Under the pieces are notes generated by a model that was given only the letters and a program-made list of their open reading frames with translations, did no database searches and was not told the DNA's origin. The position numbers and the translations under genes are program-made. A stretch of 64,000 nucleotides of DNA from contig JBJHDH010000011.1 of NCBI GenBank assembly GCA_050486445.1, positions 2,870 through 66,869 of the forward strand. Reading direction: 5' to 3'. Each line of letters begins with the position of its first letter. Within the stretch, counting starts at the first letter, position 1. Shown here in pieces: positions 42,525 through 52,366 of the stretch. This DNA comes from Euryhalocaulis sp. (GTDB lineage: Bacteria; Pseudomonadota; Alphaproteobacteria; Caulobacterales; Maricaulaceae).

Positions 42525-43220
42525 ATGAGCTATGTTTTCCCCCCTGCCGAGCCGCCCGCTTTGCCCGTCGCCGGCAGCGGCGCGCTGTTCCCCGTCCGCC
42601 GCATTTTCTGCGTCGGCAAGAATTACGACGCGCATATCAAGGAAATGAATAGCGCCGCCAACGCCACGGCGGTGTTCTTTATGAAGCCGGCCGATGCGCT
42701 GGTTCCGCCGGGCGGCCCCGATCTCTCTGTCCCCTACCCGCCCGCGACCAATAATCTGCACCATGAGGTGGAGCTGGTCGCCGCCCTGCATAAAGGCGGA
42801 CGCGACATCGCGCGCGCGGCGGCGCTGGACCATGTGTTCGGCTATGCCGTGGGCGTCGACCTGACGCGCCGCGATCTTCAGGCCGCGGCGCGCGAAACCG
42901 GCGGCCCGTGGGAGGCCTCCAAGGCCTTCGCCGCCAGCGCGCCGTGCGGCCCGATCCGGCCCGCCGCGGAGACCGGCCCGCTGACCCGCGCCGCCATCCG
43001 CCTGTCGGTGAACGGCGCGATGAAACAGGATTCCGACATCGCCGACATGCTGCTGGACGTGCCGGAGATTATCGCCCAGCTCTCGCGCCTGTTCACGCTG
43101 GCGCCCGGCGATCTGATCTTCACCGGCACGCCCGCGGGCGTCGGCCCGCTGGTTCCCGGCGACGCTGTGCACGCCGAGATCGCCGGTCTCGACGATCTCG
43201 ATTTCACGATCGATTCCTAG
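42525..43220 (+). CDS. fumarylacetoacetate hydrolase (FAH) family protein
   Basis: 231 aa with CVGKNYDAHIKEM, HHEVELV and GDLIFTGTPAGVG. Confidence 0.85.
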   Translation: MSYVFPPAEPPALPVAGSGALFPVRRIFCVGKNYDAHIKEMNSAANATAVFFMKPADALVPPGGPDLSVPYPPATNNLHHEVELVAALHKGGRDIARAAALDHVFGYAVGVDLTRRDLQAAARETGGPWEASKAFAASAPCGPIRPAAETGPLTRAAIRLSVNGAMKQDSDIADMLLDVPEIIAQLSRLFTLAPGDLIFTGTPAGVGPLVPGDAVHAEIAGLDDLDFTIDS

Positions 43221-43230
43221 ACGTCGGCCG

Positions 43231-43869
43231 GTGAGGCTCTATTCCCACTACCGCTCCTCGGCGTCATATCGCGTCCGTATCGCGCTCAATCTCAAGGGGC
43301 TGGAATTCGAAACTGTCCCGCTCGATCTGGGAAAGCGCGAGCAGAAAGCTCCGGACTATCTGGCGCTGAATCCGCAGGGCCTTGTGCCCGCGCTGGAGAC
43401 GGGGGCCGGCCTTATCACCCAGTCCGGGGCCATTCTGGAATGGCTGGAAGAGACGCATCCGGCGCCGCCGCTGCTGCCGCCGGAGCCGATGGACCGCGCC
43501 CATGTCCGCGCCATGGCCGCGCTGGTCGGCTCGGACGTCCATCCGTTGCAAAACCGCCGCGTTCTCAGCCACTTAAAGCATGAGTATCACGTGCCTCAGG
43601 AAGAGCTGTTCACCTGGCCGCGCCACTGGACGGCGCAAGGGCTGGCGGCGCTGGAGCAATTGATCGGGCGCCATGGCGGCCGTTTCGCCTTTGGCGCAGC
43701 GCCAAGTTTCGCCGACATCTATCTGGTCCCGCAGCTTTATAATGCGCGCCTCTATGGGCTGGACCTTGCGCCCTTCCCGCGCATCCTCGCCGTCGAGCGC
43801 GAATGCAATGTGCTGTGGGCGTTTCAGGCGGCGCACCCGGACGCCCAGCCGGACGCGCCAAAACCCTAG
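43231..43869 (+). CDS. maiA: maleylacetoacetate isomerase (GST zeta)
   Basis: 212 aa, LYSHYRSSASYRVRIALNLKG...NPQGLVPAL. GTG start. Adjacent to the FAH-family gene. Confidence 0.85.
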   Translation: MRLYSHYRSSASYRVRIALNLKGLEFETVPLDLGKREQKAPDYLALNPQGLVPALETGAGLITQSGAILEWLEETHPAPPLLPPEPMDRAHVRAMAALVGSDVHPLQNRRVLSHLKHEYHVPQEELFTWPRHWTAQGLAALEQLIGRHGGRFAFGAAPSFADIYLVPQLYNARLYGLDLAPFPRILAVERECNVLWAFQAAHPDAQPDAPKP

Positions 43870-45047
43870 GCGCGTTTCCGCATCGGCTGGAGGCGTCCAT
43901 AGGTCAGGCTGCGCCAGACCCATTCCAGCGGGCCGAAACGAAATGCGGCGAGCCAGAGCGGCGACCAGATCAGCAGCAAGGCCCAGACACCGAGCACCAC
44001 CGCGAACTGTCCGGTGCGTTCCACCGTTCCGAACCAGCCCAGACCCGGCGGACCGAAAAACAGGAAACCGGCGATCACACTCTGCGTGATATAATTGGTC
44101 AGCGCCATGCGCCCCACCGCCGCGAACACCATTGTCACCCGGCGCAGCACATCGGCCTTCGCCGCCAGCATCACCAGCGCCATATAGCCGAACGCCGTGG
44201 CAAGGCTGGTCATGTGATCCAGCACGCTGGCCCAGGCCAGAACCGGCGGCAGAAACCCGCCCTCCATCATTGCCCGCGCGGTGAAGACAGCGGCGCCAAT
44301 CCCGGGCGGCAGGCTGAGCGCCGCCGCCAGCGCATAGCGCCGCGCCGGCCATGCGCCGGTCAGGAAGCCGGTGCGGTAAAGCGCAATCCCGATCAGCATG
44401 CAGCCAAGTACGCGCGGGCCATAGAGCGTCAGACTGCCCATCTGCACGGTCGCCGACTGTTCCGCCCCGCGCAGGATGCGCTCACCGAACGGCGCGCGCG
44501 CGATCTCCGCCGCTGTTTCGATGACGCCCGCCGAGGGCCGCCAGCCAAAGCTCGATCCGCCCCAGGAGGCGTAAAGCTGCCAGAACAGAAAGGCGGTGAG
44601 CGCGGCCAGCGCGACCCCCGCCGCGATCAGCAGGCGCGGCTGGCGATCCACGAACAGCGCGGCGACCATGCCCCACACCGCATAAGTGACCAGAATATCG
44701 CCATACCAGAGCGCATAGGCGTGGATCAGGCCGAGCAGCAGCAGCCAGGTCATGCGCCGCCCGTGGCGGGACAGCGCGCCGGCGCGCTCGCCCACCGTCA
44801 TCGCCACGCCGGCCCCGAACAGGATCGAGAAGATGGCGATGAATTTCAGCGAGAAGAATACGTGCCCCGCGAACCAGACAGCGCGGTTGGCGCCGCTGAA
44901 ATCCATATGCGCCAGCGGGTCCAGATAGGCCTGCTGGATCATGGCGAAGGTCTGCACATTCATCATGAAGATGCCGAGCACGGCGAAGCCGCGCAGCGCA
45001 TCCAGCGCAACATGACGCCCGGCGGCGGGTCGGGAATCCTCCAGCAT
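43866..45047 (-). CDS. DUF418 (YeiB-like) membrane protein
   Basis: 393 aa with RHVALDALRGFAVLGIFMMN and C-terminal ...GPLEWVWRSLTYG. Confidence 0.75.
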   Translation of the reverse strand: MLEDSRPAAGRHVALDALRGFAVLGIFMMNVQTFAMIQQAYLDPLAHMDFSGANRAVWFAGHVFFSLKFIAIFSILFGAGVAMTVGERAGALSRHGRRMTWLLLLGLIHAYALWYGDILVTYAVWGMVAALFVDRQPRLLIAAGVALAALTAFLFWQLYASWGGSSFGWRPSAGVIETAAEIARAPFGERILRGAEQSATVQMGSLTLYGPRVLGCMLIGIALYRTGFLTGAWPARRYALAAALSLPPGIGAAVFTARAMMEGGFLPPVLAWASVLDHMTSLATAFGYMALVMLAAKADVLRRVTMVFAAVGRMALTNYITQSVIAGFLFFGPPGLGWFGTVERTGQFAVVLGVWALLLIWSPLWLAAFRFGPLEWVWRSLTYGRLQPMRKRA

Positions 45048-45108
45048 TGGCGGAGTATCCTTTATCGCCGCGCGCGCGGAAATGCGGGGGAGCGGAGGGG
45101 ACCGCGAC

Positions 45109-45250
45109 GATCCTCCCCTGCGCTACGCGCAGGGGAGGATCGCAGCCCTAGGGCAAAATCCATCTGGATTGCATCGGCGGATGCAATCCAGATGGATAAA
45201 TTTGCCCGCCCCAAAGTGTGGAGCATGGTCCACGAAGGTGGATCATGCTC
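45109..45250. repeat. mosaic of three consecutive palindromic hairpins
   Basis: Hairpin 45109..45141 has a 15-bp perfect stem. Hairpin 45151..45207 has an 18-bp perfect core, ATCCATCTGGATTGCATC-ggcg-GATGCAATCCAGATGGAT, plus outer GGGCAAA/TTTGCCC. Hairpin 45221..45250 has a 13-bp stem with 1 mismatch. Confidence 0.8.
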
Positions 45251-46359
45251 TAAATCCCCAGGCGCTCCTTCTCCGCCAGATAGATCGGCGCGCGCAGAAC
45301 GCCGCGCGAGGCGTTCACCCGGCCTTCCGGCTCCGGCTCGCCCACCGGCACGGAGGCCAGCAGTACGTCGCAGCGGTCACTTATGCCCTGATAGAATTCC
45401 GGGTGGGTGAGGATGAAGAGGTCGTTGCGCCGCACGCCGCGCAGCACCTTTTCCCCGGCTTCCAGCGGGTCCATCGCAAAATCCATGATGTCCACGCCGC
45501 CGCCGCCGCCCGGCGGCGGTCCGGCCGGGCCCGCAGGCGGCGCAGCCGGCGCATTCATCAGCTCTTCCGGCCGGTTGCGCGCGGAGTCGCGAATATTGCT
45601 GCGCACCAGACCGGGGCAGAAGGCAGAGACGCCGATGCCGCGCGGATCCATCTCCGCGCGCAGGGCCTCCATCATTCCGGTCACGGCGAATTTGGTGGTG
45701 GTGTAGATACCGGCCTGCCCGCCGGGAAACACGCCACCCATCGAGGACGTCGTCACGATATGGGCCGGAACCTCTTCCCGCCGGGCGATCATGCGCGGCA
45801 CAAAGGTCTGCACGCCGTTGACGACGCCGCCGACATTCACCCCCAAGCCGAAATCCCAGTCATTATAGGTCGCGGCGGTGATCGCGGTCAGGATGCCGAC
45901 CCCGGCGTTGTTGCACAGCAGATTGACCGGGCCGAACACTTCCTCCGCCTCGTCGGCTGCGCGCACAAAGCCCTCGCGGTCGGTCACGTCCAGATGGATG
46001 GCGTGGACCGGCGCGCCGGGCTCGAAGAATTCCATCGCCTCTTCCAGATTGGACTGGGTGCGATAGGTGATGACCACATTCATGCCCGCTTCGGCGGCGG
46101 CGCGCGCAATGCCGAGCCCGATGCCGCTGGATCCGCCGGTGATGAAAATCGTCCGGCCCGTCAGCTCGCGCAGCGGCGCGTTCGGGTTGGGCGCGCTCAT
46201 GTCGCGCGGCGCGGGGCCGGCGGTCTGCGCCTGCGCTGTGCCCGTTGCCGCGGCCATCGCCGCGCCGCCCGCCGCGGCCCCGGCCGCCGCGCTCAGAAAC
46301 CGGCGCCGCGAAACCCCCAGGTCCGTATTCTGACCTGCATTTTTTCCGTTGGTCGTCAC
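45250..46359 (-). CDS. SDR-family oxidoreductase with twin-arginine (Tat) signal
   Basis: 369 aa with N-terminal SRRRFLSAAAGAAAGGAAMAAATGTAQA, then Rossmann TGGSSGIGLGIA. Confidence 0.8.
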   Translation of the reverse strand: MTTNGKNAGQNTDLGVSRRRFLSAAAGAAAGGAAMAAATGTAQAQTAGPAPRDMSAPNPNAPLRELTGRTIFITGGSSGIGLGIARAAAEAGMNVVITYRTQSNLEEAMEFFEPGAPVHAIHLDVTDREGFVRAADEAEEVFGPVNLLCNNAGVGILTAITAATYNDWDFGLGVNVGGVVNGVQTFVPRMIARREEVPAHIVTTSSMGGVFPGGQAGIYTTTKFAVTGMMEALRAEMDPRGIGVSAFCPGLVRSNIRDSARNRPEELMNAPAAPPAGPAGPPPGGGGGVDIMDFAMDPLEAGEKVLRGVRRNDLFILTHPEFYQGISDRCDVLLASVPVGEPEPEGRVNASRGVLRAPIYLAEKERLGI

Positions 46360-46505
46360 TGGGCTGTCTCCCCCTGTTTATTGTGTTGTGGAGCGGCATC
46401 ATGGCCGCCCGTCCCTTGGCCGTCCACAGGCCAGCGTCCGGCGCGCTTGGGCGGCGCGGACCGGCGGACTAGACTGCGCCCTCAACCCGGAATTCTCAGA
46501 CGGCC

Positions 46506-48749
46506 ATGACCCCGGAAACCGCCACACACGACCGTATTCAGGACCACATTATCGAGATCGAGGCGCTGGAGCCCCCGGCCCGCGACCGCTCGCTGACGCC
46601 GGTGGAAACGCCGCTGGACGAAGGCGGCGGGCGGCGCGGCGGCTTCTGGGCCGTGCTGCTGGGTGGCTCACTCGGGGTGCTGTGGATCGCCGGCTGCGCC
46701 GCCTATCTGATCGGCTATTCAGGTATCGAGGCTCTGACCGCCAGCACCCCGGCCCAGATCGCCGGCCTTTCCTTTATCGCCTTCGGTCCGGCGCTGTTCG
46801 TAATTCTGGCCGGGATCGCGGCGCGGCAGATGATCCGGTTTTCCGCCGAGGCCCGCCTGGTGGCCGGGGCGGCGCGCCGCCTGACGCGGCCCGAGCGCGT
46901 GGTGGAGGACGAGGCCCGCACCCTCTCCGCCGTGCTGTCAGCCGAGGTCGGACGGATCAATGCCGGCATGGACGCCGCGCTGGCCCGGCTTTCAGCGATG
47001 GAGGAAGTGATCCGCCATCATGCCGACTCGCTGGAGGGCGCCACGCGCCGGGCCGAGGAACAGTCGCGCGCGCTGATCGGCGATCTGCGCACCGAGCGCG
47101 AGGCGCTGGCCGCGCTGGCCGATGTTCTGGACACGAAAGCCAAAACAGTGGCCGACGCCATCGCCGACCAGTCGCGCATGGTCGCCCGCGCCGCCGAGCT
47201 GGCCGAAAGCGCCGCAGAGGAAGGCCGCAACCGGCTGGAGGCCGGGGCCGAGGCGCTGCAATCGGCGTCCTCCGCCGCGCTGACCCAGAGCGAGAGAGCC
47301 GCCGGCGCGCTGGACGCGCAGCGCCAGAATCTGGACGCGCTGGCCGCAAATTTCGCCGATCAGGGCAAGGCGCTGAACCAGCTTTATGAGTCGCATCGCG
47401 AAGAGATGGATGAGGCCAGCCGCACCCTGCGTGAAGAACAGAAGCGCATCGCCTCGGCGCTGGATTTCCACCGCGCCGAGCTGGGCGAACTGGTCAAGGT
47501 CGCGGGCAAGGGCGCCGAGGATATGGCCGAGACCACCCGCGCCGGCGGCGAGGCGCTGCGCGCCGCCGTCGAGGACGCGCTGACCCGGGCGCGCGATCTT
47601 GGCGACATGATTCTGTCCCGCACAGAGCATCTGGCCGAGAGCCAGCGCATCCGGCTTCAGGCGCTGGACGAGGCCGCGACCAAGGCGCAGACCGCCAGCG
47701 AAGCCGCCGCCGCGGCGATGGAGGCCCAGACTGCCTCAATCCAGAGCAAGGTGGAACAGATCGGCGAATCCACCTTCGAGGCGGCCCAGCGCGCCGAAAA
47801 AGTGCTGGAGCGCCGGATCGAGGAGGCCACCCGCGCGGTCAGCCGTGTCGGGCGTCTGGCCGACGAGGCGGACGCGGCGCTGGCCGAGCGTTTCGAGCGA
47901 TCGCTGAAAACCTGGCGCGAACAATTGGACGAAGTAGAGCGGCGCATCGACGCCGCCGGCGACAATCTCGGCCAGTTTCCCGAAACAGCGCGGGAACGGC
48001 TGGCCGAACTGGAATCCGCCGTGCGCAAGGGCATCGACGGAATGCGGGGCGCGGCGCGCGACGCGGCGGAGGAAGCGCGCGAGATCGACGCCGCTCTTCA
48101 GGCGCGGATGCGGCATAATTACGAACTGCTCAGCGACCTGGTGATGCGCATGGGCGCCATCGGGGTTTCGGCGGGCGGCGGCGCAGCCGGGGCCGCCCGC
48201 CGCGATCCGTTCGCCGCGCAGGAGCGGATCGTCCCGTCCGCGCCGCAAGAGGACGCTCCGCCAAAATTCGAATCCGGTCTTTCCTGGCGCGACATCGTCT
48301 CCGGTCTGCGGGAGACCGAGGCCCGGCGCGAGCCAGCGCCAGCGGCGCCCCGGCGCGAAACGCCGCCCCGCGAGCCAGCGCCAGCGGCCCGGTCCTTTGC
48401 ATCTTTCGGCGGCGGGGAAGCCACCGATGCCCCCGAAGACCTCGGCGCGGACCCCTCTGCCCTCAGCATGGACGGCGCGCGCGGCGCGGCGCATGCGCGG
48501 CGCTCGGCCGGCATTGACGCGATGCGCGAGGCCGTGCGCGCGCACGCGCCGAACCATGTCGCCCTCCTCGCCCGCACGATGGAGCGCGACCCCGATCTGC
48601 GCCGCCGGGCGCGGCTTCTTGTGGACCAGACCGAAACCAGTGTCGCCGGAGCGGCGCGCGAGGACCAGCCCGACCGCCTGATCGGGCTGTTCACCTCACC
48701 GGAGGGACGCGGCTATCTGCTGCTCTCGGCTGCGCTCGGGGGGGCTTGA
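46506..48749 (+). CDS. large membrane-anchored coiled-coil protein, unknown function
   Basis: 747 aa with two N-terminal TM segments, about 450 aa of Ala/Glu/Arg-rich heptad-like sequence and a distinct C-terminal ~100 aa. Confidence 0.55.
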   Translation: MTPETATHDRIQDHIIEIEALEPPARDRSLTPVETPLDEGGGRRGGFWAVLLGGSLGVLWIAGCAAYLIGYSGIEALTASTPAQIAGLSFIAFGPALFVILAGIAARQMIRFSAEARLVAGAARRLTRPERVVEDEARTLSAVLSAEVGRINAGMDAALARLSAMEEVIRHHADSLEGATRRAEEQSRALIGDLRTEREALAALADVLDTKAKTVADAIADQSRMVARAAELAESAAEEGRNRLEAGAEALQSASSAALTQSERAAGALDAQRQNLDALAANFADQGKALNQLYESHREEMDEASRTLREEQKRIASALDFHRAELGELVKVAGKGAEDMAETTRAGGEALRAAVEDALTRARDLGDMILSRTEHLAESQRIRLQALDEAATKAQTASEAAAAAMEAQTASIQSKVEQIGESTFEAAQRAEKVLERRIEEATRAVSRVGRLADEADAALAERFERSLKTWREQLDEVERRIDAAGDNLGQFPETARERLAELESAVRKGIDGMRGAARDAAEEAREIDAALQARMRHNYELLSDLVMRMGAIGVSAGGGAAGAARRDPFAAQERIVPSAPQEDAPPKFESGLSWRDIVSGLRETEARREPAPAAPRRETPPREPAPAARSFASFGGGEATDAPEDLGADPSALSMDGARGAAHARRSAGIDAMREAVRAHAPNHVALLARTMERDPDLRRRARLLVDQTETSVAGAAREDQPDRLIGLFTSPEGRGYLLLSAALGGA

Positions 48750-48786
48750 ACTTTACGCCGGAAGGCTAACAAACCCGCCAGATAAA

Positions 48787-49428
48787 TCAGCTACGCGGCG
48801 GGCGGTCCCGCGCCTCGGCCTCGGCCACCGCCGCGCCAGTCCAGCCGACCAGCGCGGACGCCACCTCCTCCGTCGCCTGATCGAAGGCGGCGATGATATC
48901 GCCCATGCGGTTCGACCTGGCCCGCACCTCCGACGAAAATCCCGACGAGGCGACCAGGACGCGCGCACCGCTGATAAGCCGTGCGCCCATCGCCACACGC
49001 ACCAGCGGCGCGCTCTCCATATCCTGATCGTAGTTCGCCTCGAAATTACGCAAATCCAGCGACAGATCGTAATCGGCGGCCAGACCGTCACCAGGGCGCA
49101 GCGGCGCGGGACCGTCCACGGCCTGCTCGAACATCTCGATCAGATAATCCTGCAACATGCCGCGCGCCGTTCCAGCCCAGCGCGCGCCCGCCACCGATGC
49201 AAGCGAGGCGTCCGGCCGCGATATCAGAATATCGGAGGCGCCAAAGGCCCGCCCCGCGGAAGGCGAGGAAATCATGACGGTCGGCTGACCGAACGGACGC
49301 GGGGCGGTCTGGCTTTCCGGCGCAGGCGGGCGCAGACGATAAATGTCGGCCGTGCGAGCCTCGGGCAGCAGCCGGACACAACCGCCGAGCAGTAAAGCGG
49401 CCAGAACAACAGCGGCGGCGCGCCTCAT
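48787..49428 (-). CDS. ABC-type transport auxiliary lipoprotein (DUF330/PqiC-like)
   Basis: 213 aa with VLAALLLGGC lipobox. Last gene of the MCE operon; start overlaps the mlaD-like stop. Confidence 0.6.
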   Translation of the reverse strand: MRRAAAVVLAALLLGGCVRLLPEARTADIYRLRPPAPESQTAPRPFGQPTVMISSPSAGRAFGASDILISRPDASLASVAGARWAGTARGMLQDYLIEMFEQAVDGPAPLRPGDGLAADYDLSLDLRNFEANYDQDMESAPLVRVAMGARLISGARVLVASSGFSSEVRARSNRMGDIIAAFDQATEEVASALVGWTGAAVAEAEARDRPPRS

Positions 49429-50360
49429 CGGGGAATCTCCACTTCCTGACGCCGGTTGCCGGCGAGCAGCGCGCCGGGATTGTCCTGAAGGTCGGCGACC
49501 ACGGTTTCGAGTGTCTGGGCCAGCGAGCGCAGATCGGCGACCAGCAGGGCCAGCTCGCTGGAGCCGCCGCCCGTATAACGGGCCAGCGTATCGCTGGCGA
49601 GCTGTGCGAAATCGCGGAATTCGGTGGCCGCTTCCTCGGCGCGGGCGGTAGCGCGATTCAGGTTTCCGACCGCTTCACGCCCATCGCCGTTCAACATCTC
49701 TCTGCTCATCTCCGCCACCTGCCGCCATTCCTCCGCCGTTGCGCCAACCGTGACGATGGTCTCGCGCGTCTCGGCCAGCAACTCGGTGTTGCGTCGAAGC
49801 TCCTCGGTAATCCCCTCGATATTCCGCAGCGTCGCCTGCACCGTGGCGAGATTTTCGTCGTTCAGCAGCACCTCCATGCGCTGCAACGCCCCTTCGGCGG
49901 CGTTCATCACATCCTCGACATTGGCGACAAATCCTTCCAGCGGCCCCAGCTTGGCGTAGATGATCGGCGGCCGGTTCGGGTCCACATCGCGCAGCATCGG
50001 CGCATCGGCGGTGCCGCCGGTCAGCTGGATGAACGAAACGCCGGTGATGCCCTGCGGCTCGATCTGCGCGGTGGAGTCGGTCTTCACCGGGGTCAGCACG
50101 TCGACGCGGATGCGCGCGATCACATTGCCGGGATCGCTCGGGTCCAGGCCCAGCCGGGTGATCTCTCCCACCTGGATGCCGTTAAAGCGCACCTCGCTGG
50201 ACTGCGAGACGCCACGCACCGGGCCCTCAAACACCACATCGTATTCGGTGTATTCCGTGCGGTAATTCAGCTGGCCAAGCCACAGCACAAACAGCGCCAC
50301 GCCGATCAGCAGCGCAAGGGCGACCCCGCCCACCAGGGCGTAACGCGCGCGTGTTTCCAA
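49425..50360 (-). CDS. MlaD/MCE-family substrate-binding protein
   Basis: 311 aa with an N-terminal TM and an MCE domain (GPVRGVSQSSEVRFNGIQVGEI). Confidence 0.8.
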   Translation of the reverse strand: METRARYALVGGVALALLIGVALFVLWLGQLNYRTEYTEYDVVFEGPVRGVSQSSEVRFNGIQVGEITRLGLDPSDPGNVIARIRVDVLTPVKTDSTAQIEPQGITGVSFIQLTGGTADAPMLRDVDPNRPPIIYAKLGPLEGFVANVEDVMNAAEGALQRMEVLLNDENLATVQATLRNIEGITEELRRNTELLAETRETIVTVGATAEEWRQVAEMSREMLNGDGREAVGNLNRATARAEEAATEFRDFAQLASDTLARYTGGGSSELALLVADLRSLAQTLETVVADLQDNPGALLAGNRRQEVEIPR

Positions 50361-50378
50361 GGCCCTGCCCTCCTGTTC

Positions 50379-51164
50379 CTATGCTTGAGCCGGTTCGGTT
50401 TCGTCCGCAAGCGCCGCCCGGCCACGCGCCCCGGTGAAATATTCCCGGATCCAGGGATGGCTGTGGCGCAACAGATCGCGCGGCGGCGCCACGGCGACAA
50501 TATGCTTGTCGGCCAGCACAGCGACACGGTCGCAGGCGGCGAACAGCGTATCAAGATCGTGAGTCACCATCAGAACCGTTAGATTGAGAGTGTCACGCAA
50601 ATCTTTGATAAGATGGTCAAATTCAGAGGCTCCGATTGGATCCAGCCCGGCCGTCGGCTCATCCAGGAACAGGATGTCGGGGTCCATGACCAGCGCCCGG
50701 GCCAGGCCGGCGCGCTTGCGCATCCCGCCGGAAAGCTCCGAGGGCTGTTTCAGCACTGCTTCGGGCGGCAGACCGACCATGGCGATTTTCATCCGCGCAA
50801 TCTCGTTCATCATCTCGTCGGGCAGGCCGGCGTGACGGCGCAACGGCGCTTTCACGTTCTCCAGCACGCTGAGCTGGGAGAACAGCGCGCCTGCCTGAAA
50901 CAAAACGCCCCGCTTGCGGTGAAGTTCGTCGCGTTCGGCCCGGTCCAGACGGGAAATGTCCCGCCCAAACACCCGGATCGTCCCGGCCCGGGGCCGCATC
51001 AGCCCCAGAATCTCGTTCAGCAGCACCGATTTGCCGGATCCGGACCCCCCGACCAGGCCCATGATCTCGCCATGCTCCACGGTCAGGTCCACGCCGTCAT
51101 GCACCACATGGTCGCCAAACGCCGTGCGGACGCCACGGACTTCGATGACCGGCTCGCGGCTCAA
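50379..51164 (-). CDS. ABC transporter ATP-binding protein (MlaF-like)
   Basis: 261 aa with Walker A GGSGSGKS, signature LSGGMRKR and Walker B ILFLDEP. Confidence 0.9.
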   Translation of the reverse strand: MSREPVIEVRGVRTAFGDHVVHDGVDLTVEHGEIMGLVGGSGSGKSVLLNEILGLMRPRAGTIRVFGRDISRLDRAERDELHRKRGVLFQAGALFSQLSVLENVKAPLRRHAGLPDEMMNEIARMKIAMVGLPPEAVLKQPSELSGGMRKRAGLARALVMDPDILFLDEPTAGLDPIGASEFDHLIKDLRDTLNLTVLMVTHDLDTLFAACDRVAVLADKHIVAVAPPRDLLRHSHPWIREYFTGARGRAALADETEPAQA

Positions 51165-52297
51165 ATGCCCAGCTCCAGATAGGCCATGGCAAACAGTGCA
51201 TCGACCACGATCACCATGAAGATCGCCTGCACAACCGAGGTCGTGGTGCGCTGGCCCAGCGACTCCACGTCGCCGCCGACGTTCATGCCCTGACGGCAGC
51301 CGATCACCGCGATAATCACGCCGAACACCGGCGCCTTGGCCAGACCGGCCCAGAAATGGATCAGGTCCACCATCTCATAGGTGCGGGCGATGAAGAATCC
51401 AGGCTGCAACCCCAACGCCGACCACAGCACCAGCATCCCGCCAAAGATGCCGGTCATCATCGCCACAAAAGTCATCAACGGCGCCATCAGCACGATGGCC
51501 ACAAGGCGCGGGGCGACAAGCACGTCGTAGGGGTCCAGCCCCATCACCTTCATCGCGTCGATTTCCTGCTGCATCCGCATCGCGCCGATCTGGGCGGTGA
51601 ATGCGGAATCGGAGCGCCCGGCCAGCATGACCGCGGTAATCACCACGCCGAATTCGCGCAGCACGGAGATCACCACCAGCTCGACGGCGAACACCGAGGC
51701 CCCGAAATTCTCCAGCTGATTCAACCCGATATAGGCGACAACGGCGCCAATGAAGAAAGACAGCAAGCCGATGATCGGCAAGGCGTTCAGCCCGGCCTGC
51801 TCCATTACATTGACCGTGGCGGTCCAGCGGAATTTGTGCGGCGCGGTGAACAGTCTGCCGACCGCGACCATCGTGCGGCCGAAAAACGCCAGCGTGTCAT
51901 AGAATTCCAGCAGCAGCGCCTCCACGCCGCGCCCGGTCCGCTCCAGGAAAGAGATCAGGCCCCCTCCGCCCCGCCGCTCCGCTGGCGCGGGTTCGTATTC
52001 CGCCGCCGCGTCATGGATCAGCCGGGCGGCGTAATCGTGCGCGCCCTCCACCTTCGCCGAAGTCTCCGCCCCCGGCGCGGCGGCGCGCGCCAGCATCAGC
52101 GCCCCGGCCGTATCCAGCCGGCCCAGGCGTGAAACGTCGATCACCGCCTGGCCGGCCTTCTGGCCGCCGCCCCGCCGGCGCAGGCGTTCCAGATCGCGGG
52201 CGACCGCCGAGATGGTCAGCACCGTCCAGTCGCCCGTCGGGATAATGCGCGTCACCCCGCCTTCATCGGCGATCTGGAGCGCAGTAGCATCGCCCAT
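51161..52297 (-). CDS. MlaE-family ABC permease with N-terminal STAS-like domain
   Basis: True start is MGDATALQIADEGG at ATG 52297. The 871-aa track ORF is an upstream artefact. The permease core contains REFGVVITAVMLAGRS. Confidence 0.8.
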   Translation of the reverse strand: MGDATALQIADEGGVTRIIPTGDWTVLTISAVARDLERLRRRGGGQKAGQAVIDVSRLGRLDTAGALMLARAAAPGAETSAKVEGAHDYAARLIHDAAAEYEPAPAERRGGGGLISFLERTGRGVEALLLEFYDTLAFFGRTMVAVGRLFTAPHKFRWTATVNVMEQAGLNALPIIGLLSFFIGAVVAYIGLNQLENFGASVFAVELVVISVLREFGVVITAVMLAGRSDSAFTAQIGAMRMQQEIDAMKVMGLDPYDVLVAPRLVAIVLMAPLMTFVAMMTGIFGGMLVLWSALGLQPGFFIARTYEMVDLIHFWAGLAKAPVFGVIIAVIGCRQGMNVGGDVESLGQRTTTSVVQAIFMVIVVDALFAMAYLELGI

Positions 52298-52366
52298 TGG
52301 ATTCCCCCTGCCGCGCTCCACCGAAGCCGCCGCGCCCTGACCCGTCAAGCGCCTGAACGAGGGCTT

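Noticed and set aside
48787-52297. Four-gene ABC/MCE operon with a STAS-fused permease as a possible new transporter
   Set aside because: Gene order and domain content (MlaE-like permease, MlaF-like ATPase, MCE protein, DUF330 lipoprotein) match a common proteobacterial Mla/Pqi-type lipid-trafficking operon.
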